A stretch of 64,000 nucleotides of DNA from a bacterium (GTDB lineage: Bacteria; Sysuimicrobiota; Sysuimicrobiia; Sysuimicrobiales; Segetimicrobiaceae), in contig DATGJN010000117.1 in NCBI GenBank assembly GCA_035295165.1, forward strand, positions 24,114-88,113. The letters are read 5' to 3'. Within the stretch, counting starts at the first letter, position 1. Each line of letters begins with the position of its first letter. The notes beneath the pieces are model-generated. The model searched no databases and was not told the origin of the DNA. It worked only from the letters and a program-made list of their open reading frames with translations. Positions 58,962 through 64,000 of this stretch are shown piece after piece. The position numbers and the translations under genes are program-made.

Positions 58962-60763
58962 GCGTCGCCCCCGCGGCGCCGCGTCGCGAGCGCCCACTCG
59001 CCGAGCACCGCCGCAGCCGCGGCCGTCAGCAGCCACGGCCAGAGCGGCACGTGAACCAGCACGCTCCCGGGCACCACCGATGCCCGGGACCCGGGCGGCG
59101 CCGACTCAGCGTCGGCCGGTGCGCGCCCGGGATGGATCACGCCCGCGTCCCGCCCTCCGATCGTAGCCGCGAACGTCCGCTCGCCCGCCGCCGTCGAGAA
59201 CCGGTAGAGACCCGCGCGCACCAGCGGCGGCAGCACAAAGACCCCGTCGGTGGGGTGGAGGTCGAAGCGCCGGCCATCCGGCGCAACGAGCGTCGCGGCG
59301 GCCGCGCTGCCGGCCGGAATCTGCACCTCGTCCCCGGCGGTCGCGCCGTCGACGCCGCCGCCGAGCCACGCCAAGCTGTTGCGGACGAGAATCGGAAACG
59401 CCACGTGCGCCGGTAGATCTGAGTCCTCGAGCGCGAACCCCAGCAACACCGCGCGCACGCCCCGGCCCTCGTACTCCCACAGCAGCGGCGTTTGGCCAGC
59501 CGCGAGCACACGCCCGCCCTCGGGCACCAACGTAAGGGCCCGGTTGATGCGCACGTCGCGCAGGTCCACGAACCGGAGGACCGGGTCTTCGCGGTCCCAC
59601 GTCGCGATCTCCGGCTGGGGCGTGACGCCAGTCGCGCTGACGGGCAGGTTGGGCGGCACCGAACCGATGACGAGGTAGTTCCCCGGAGGCAGCGGCCCAG
59701 TGTCCACCCGGTCGAGGATGACGACGTCAAAAGCGGCCCACGCCGCGGGGTTGACGGTCTCGGTCGCGACGGCACGCGCCACCGGCAAGAGGCGGAGCAC
59801 GCGCTCGAGCGAGGGGTTCCCGCGGCCGACCAGCAGCACCGACGGCAGCGGCGTCGGCGCGAGGACCGCCGTCGCATCATCGTCCTCCGGCAGCATGTCG
59901 CGGACGGCAAGGTGGGCGCGCAACACGCCCGCGCCGGCGACGGGAAACACGGCAGTCCGACTGCCACCGGCCTGCAGCTCCAGCGTCGCGCGATACACCA
60001 GCGTCTCTCCGAGGCGGACTTCGAGCGGCACGCGCCGGGCTGCGCTCCCGTAGTTGTCGACGCGGACGAGCGCTTCGGGCGTCGGGGCGTCGCGAAGCAC
60101 GCGCAACTCCGTGATCGCCACGTTGTCGTCGGACGTCCCGACGATGCGGTAGGTGACGCCCGAGACCGCGGGCAGCGGGCCGCGTGCCGCGTCGGTCCAC
60201 ACGACGATCTGCCCGTTCGGCCCCGGCCGCTGCGCAGCCGCCACGGTCACCGCTGCGGCGACGTCTCCGGCGGCGTCCCACGGCTCCGCGTTGCGCAGGG
60301 CCGCAGCCACCGCGCGGAAGTCGTCGGTGATCGGCGCGAGCACCACCGGGTGCGGCGCGGCCAGGACAACCGCGGCGCGCTGACCCAGCTGCAGCCGGGC
60401 GACGAGCGCGAGCGCCTCCCCGCGCGCCCGGTCGAACCGGGTCGGCGACACGTCCCGCGCCCGCATCGAGAGCGATCCGTCGAGCACGAACACGACGTCG
60501 CGCCCCGCGACGTTCCGGCCAACCAGCGCCGGCCGCGCGAGCCCGGCGACAATCGCCGCGACCGCGAGCAGCTGGAGCAGGAGCAGCAAGCCGCGCTCAA
60601 TGCGCCGTGACGGCCGGTACGCGGCGAGGGTCGGTACCGAACGTTGCCACAACAGGATGCTGCTGACCGGGTGGTCCCGTCGCCGCACGCGGAGCAGGTA
60701 CAGCAGCACCAGGAACGGCAGCGCGAGAAGCCCCCACAGCGCCGCCGGGGCGCCGAGGCTCAC
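58958..60763 (-). CDS. BatA-like protein: N-terminal double-TM anchor and a VWA domain
   Basis: MSLGAPAALWGLLALPFLVLLYLLR...; VWA MIDAS VLDGSLSM. Confidence 0.8.
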   Translation of the reverse strand: MSLGAPAALWGLLALPFLVLLYLLRVRRRDHPVSSILLWQRSVPTLAAYRPSRRIERGLLLLLQLLAVAAIVAGLARPALVGRNVAGRDVVFVLDGSLSMRARDVSPTRFDRARGEALALVARLQLGQRAAVVLAAPHPVVLAPITDDFRAVAAALRNAEPWDAAGDVAAAVTVAAAQRPGPNGQIVVWTDAARGPLPAVSGVTYRIVGTSDDNVAITELRVLRDAPTPEALVRVDNYGSAARRVPLEVRLGETLVYRATLELQAGGSRTAVFPVAGAGVLRAHLAVRDMLPEDDDATAVLAPTPLPSVLLVGRGNPSLERVLRLLPVARAVATETVNPAAWAAFDVVILDRVDTGPLPPGNYLVIGSVPPNLPVSATGVTPQPEIATWDREDPVLRFVDLRDVRINRALTLVPEGGRVLAAGQTPLLWEYEGRGVRAVLLGFALEDSDLPAHVAFPILVRNSLAWLGGGVDGATAGDEVQIPAGSAAAATLVAPDGRRFDLHPTDGVFVLPPLVRAGLYRFSTAAGERTFAATIGGRDAGVIHPGRAPADAESAPPGSRASVVPGSVLVHVPLWPWLLTAAAAAVLGEWALATRRRGGDA

Positions 60764-61674
60764 CGAACGAGTCCCGCCTGTCGCAGGTAGCGGAGGACGA
60801 GCGCATCCGCGGGCACCGATGACGCGGTCCGGACATAGTCGATGCCGTGGCGGAAGCAGAATCGCTCGACGGCGAGGAAGTAGGCGTCGCGCGCCTCGGC
60901 GTAGGCACGCAGCGCTTCTGCGTCGACCGTGATCTCGACCGCGCGACCGGTTTCGACGTCCACCAACCTGAGGTCGCCCGCGAGCGGCGGCGCGATCTCC
61001 TCGTCTGCGAGGATCTGAATCAGGAACGTTTGGAACCGCTGTTGTCGCGCGTGCAGGAGTCCGGTCTCGTAGCCGTGAGGATCAAGCAGATCGGAGATGA
61101 CAATCAACAATCCCCGGTGGCGGCTTGCCTTCAGGTGACGGCGCATGGTCTGGCCGAGGTCGGTCCTCCCGTCGGCTGTGAGCCCGTCTAGGAAACGCAG
61201 CAGGTCGAACGCACGGCCGCGGCCGCGCAGACGTGCCAGGCTGGGACCCCGCTCCGAGGTGAACGCAGTTACCCCGACGCGATCGAGGTTGCTGAGACCG
61301 ATGTACCCGATCGCGGCGGCGACGCGCTTGCCGAGCGCGAGCTTGCTGGGCGTCCCGACCGCCATCGACGCGCTCGTGTCGAGCAGGAGCTGGACGTCGA
61401 GGTCCTCCTCCTCGCTGAACAGCTTCACGAAGATGCGGTCGAGCCGGGACACGATGTTCCAGTCGATGTAGCGGTAGTCGTCGCCGGCCTGATACGCGCG
61501 GTAGTCGTCGAACTCGATGCCCCGCCCTCTCGCGACGCTGCGCCGCTCGCCGCGCTGCTGGCCCTGGACCCGGCGCCGGGTGATCAAGCTCAACGTCTCG
61601 AGCCGCTGGAGAAACTCGGGGTCGAACAGGCTTGCCTCGTGCGCACCGGTGCCGGCCGGAGCGGTGGGCGTCAC
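60760..61674 (-). CDS. DUF58-domain protein (MoxR-associated, VWA-like)
   Basis: GIEFDDYRAYQAGDDYRYIDW...LLLDTSASM typical DUF58. Confidence 0.85.
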   Translation of the reverse strand: MTPTAPAGTGAHEASLFDPEFLQRLETLSLITRRRVQGQQRGERRSVARGRGIEFDDYRAYQAGDDYRYIDWNIVSRLDRIFVKLFSEEEDLDVQLLLDTSASMAVGTPSKLALGKRVAAAIGYIGLSNLDRVGVTAFTSERGPSLARLRGRGRAFDLLRFLDGLTADGRTDLGQTMRRHLKASRHRGLLIVISDLLDPHGYETGLLHARQQRFQTFLIQILADEEIAPPLAGDLRLVDVETGRAVEITVDAEALRAYAEARDAYFLAVERFCFRHGIDYVRTASSVPADALVLRYLRQAGLVR

Positions 61675-61682
61675 GGGCAGCC

Positions 61683-62692
<1,010 letters not shown>

Positions 62693-62696
<4 letters not shown>

Positions 62697-63985
62697 GGTG
62701 TGCCTCCCTGAGTCTCGAAGTACTGCCGGACCAACTGCAGGAACGTCGGCGGCAGCGGCGCTTCCGACACGGCGCGGTCGAGTTCGTGCGCCACTGCGGC
62801 CGGCGGGCGCCCCGCAGGCAGACGCGACGCCCCGCCCTGTCCTGGCGCGACGATCTCCCGCATCGACGACGGGCCCTCGCCCGGAGCACCCTGGACGTAC
62901 GCCGGCACGCGCGTGCCCTGCAGCCGCGGTGTCGCCGCCCCGAGCTGCGGGCCGGTGCCCTGCCCCGGCAGGCTCCCCTGGTTCGGACCGGGCGGCGGCG
63001 GCGCGCCGGTCTCGTCCGTCGTGCCAGAGGGCGGATTCGGTCCGGACGCCTCTGGCGGCGGCGCGCTCGGGGACGGCTCGCCGGACACCGGGGCGTTCGC
63101 GCCCCCAAGCGGTCCCTGCTCGGCGATCCGCGCCGCGGATTGCTGCACGTTCTGCCGCGCATCGCCGAGCGCTTGCTCGTCGCCGAACATGCGCTCCAGC
63201 CCCTGGAGATCCTGCATCGCCTCGTTGAGGGACCCGGACGCCGCCGCGAGATGGCCTTGCGCCGCCTCCCGGCGCGCCTGATTGATGCGCTCGCGCGTGG
63301 ACACCGGAGCATTCATCTGATCGAGAGACTCCGACAGCGCCCGCAGTTGGGTCGAGAGGGACTGCGGGTCGACCGGAGTCCCGCCGCGCTCGAGCTGGCC
63401 CGTGAGCGCCCGCACTTGGCGGACCGCGGCGTCCAGCCGCTGCAGGCGCTGGGCGTCCGTCCCGGCGCGAGACGCCGGCGTCGGTCGTGACGGCGTCCCG
63501 GGTGCCGTGGTCTGAGGCAGCGACGCGTCGAGTTGGCGCTGCAAGAGATCCTGCGCCGCACCCAGTTGCCGGGCCACATCTCGCACCGATCCGAGGGCCT
63601 GCTCGCGATCGATCCGCGGTCCTTCGAGACGATGACCGAGCGCCTGCACCTGGGGCGCGAGGCGCTCGGCTTCCGGCAGCGCCTGTGACCGCCCCATCGC
63701 CTCCAGCCGCCGGCCGGCGACGACGATCGACTGCCCTTCGCGGTGGACGATGGCGAGCGCCTTCGCCGCGGGCGTCGCGGGCAGCGACCATCCGACAAGA
63801 AACTGGGCCCAGAGCAGGAGCAGCAGGCACGCAGCGCCCGCGAGCCACGTCTCGCGCGGCACGCGGAGCGGCGCCACCGCCCGCGGCTCCACGCCCTGCG
63901 CCGCGATCACGGCGTCGGCCACTTGGAGGCGCGCCAAGCCCACCGGTCGTGCAGAACGCCCCAGCAGCTCGACGGCCGTGCTCAA
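62693..63985 (-). CDS. hypothetical membrane-anchored, coiled-coil/Pro-rich protein (first gene of the MoxR operon; may extend beyond the window)
   Basis: One TM segment (WLAGAACLLLLLWAQFLVGW), Gln/Leu-rich heptad-like stretches, a Pro/Gly-rich tail. No recognisable domain. Confidence 0.45.
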
Positions 63986-64000
63986 CCGATCATGCAGGCC

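Overview
This is a 64-kb stretch of a very GC-rich (about 70%) bacterial chromosome. It is densely packed with mostly minus-strand genes, many of them joined by 4-nt ATGA/GTGA start/stop overlaps. I found no transposase, integrase or CRISPR array, and no single clearly novel multi-gene system; the most interesting material is regulatory and small-scale.

The window is dominated by housekeeping and DNA-repair functions:
- queA
- aconitase with a divergent LysR regulator that sits upstream of a ring-cleaving dioxygenase
- an EamA exporter
- an adaptive-response cassette made of an Ada-AlkA fusion plus ogt
- SpoIID-like and DUF2905 genes
- ruvB-ruvA-ruvC with a DinB-family gene and yebC
- PBP1A
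- a sugar ABC uptake locus with one Tat-signal binding protein and two tandem permease pairs
- a mutasome cassette imuA-imuB-dnaE2 behind a Bacillus-type LexA (Cheo) box, where dnaE2 carries an in-frame mini-intein
- a secreted GH79-like hydrolase and a GYD protein
- a solitary tRNA-Ile(GAT) with its own strong promoter
- a PMT/ArnT-like glycosyltransferase, tyrS, a CDF transporter, mutS2, mpg and polX
- pheT-pheS preceded by a T-box leader
- rplT-rpmI-infC, where infC has a non-AUG start and a terminator-containing leader behind a near-consensus sigma-A promoter
- a STAS antagonist with a HAMP-GAF-PP2C phosphatase
- mtnP, an Fe-type alcohol dehydrogenase and a HAD hydrolase
- a MoxR-DUF58-VWA-VWA (Bat-like) operon

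The combination of T-box, Cheo box, L20-type infC leader, PolX, MutS2 and SpoIID suggests a high-GC Firmicutes-like lineage (for example Symbiobacterium or Thermaerobacter-like). This is inference only.

The more unusual items are the dnaE2 mini-intein, a 300-bp AT-rich bidirectional control island, a W-rich 42-codon ORF with its own promoter and tandem CRP-like repeats just upstream of the pheST T-box, and a roughly 500-bp non-coding trailer behind the solitary tRNA-Ile.
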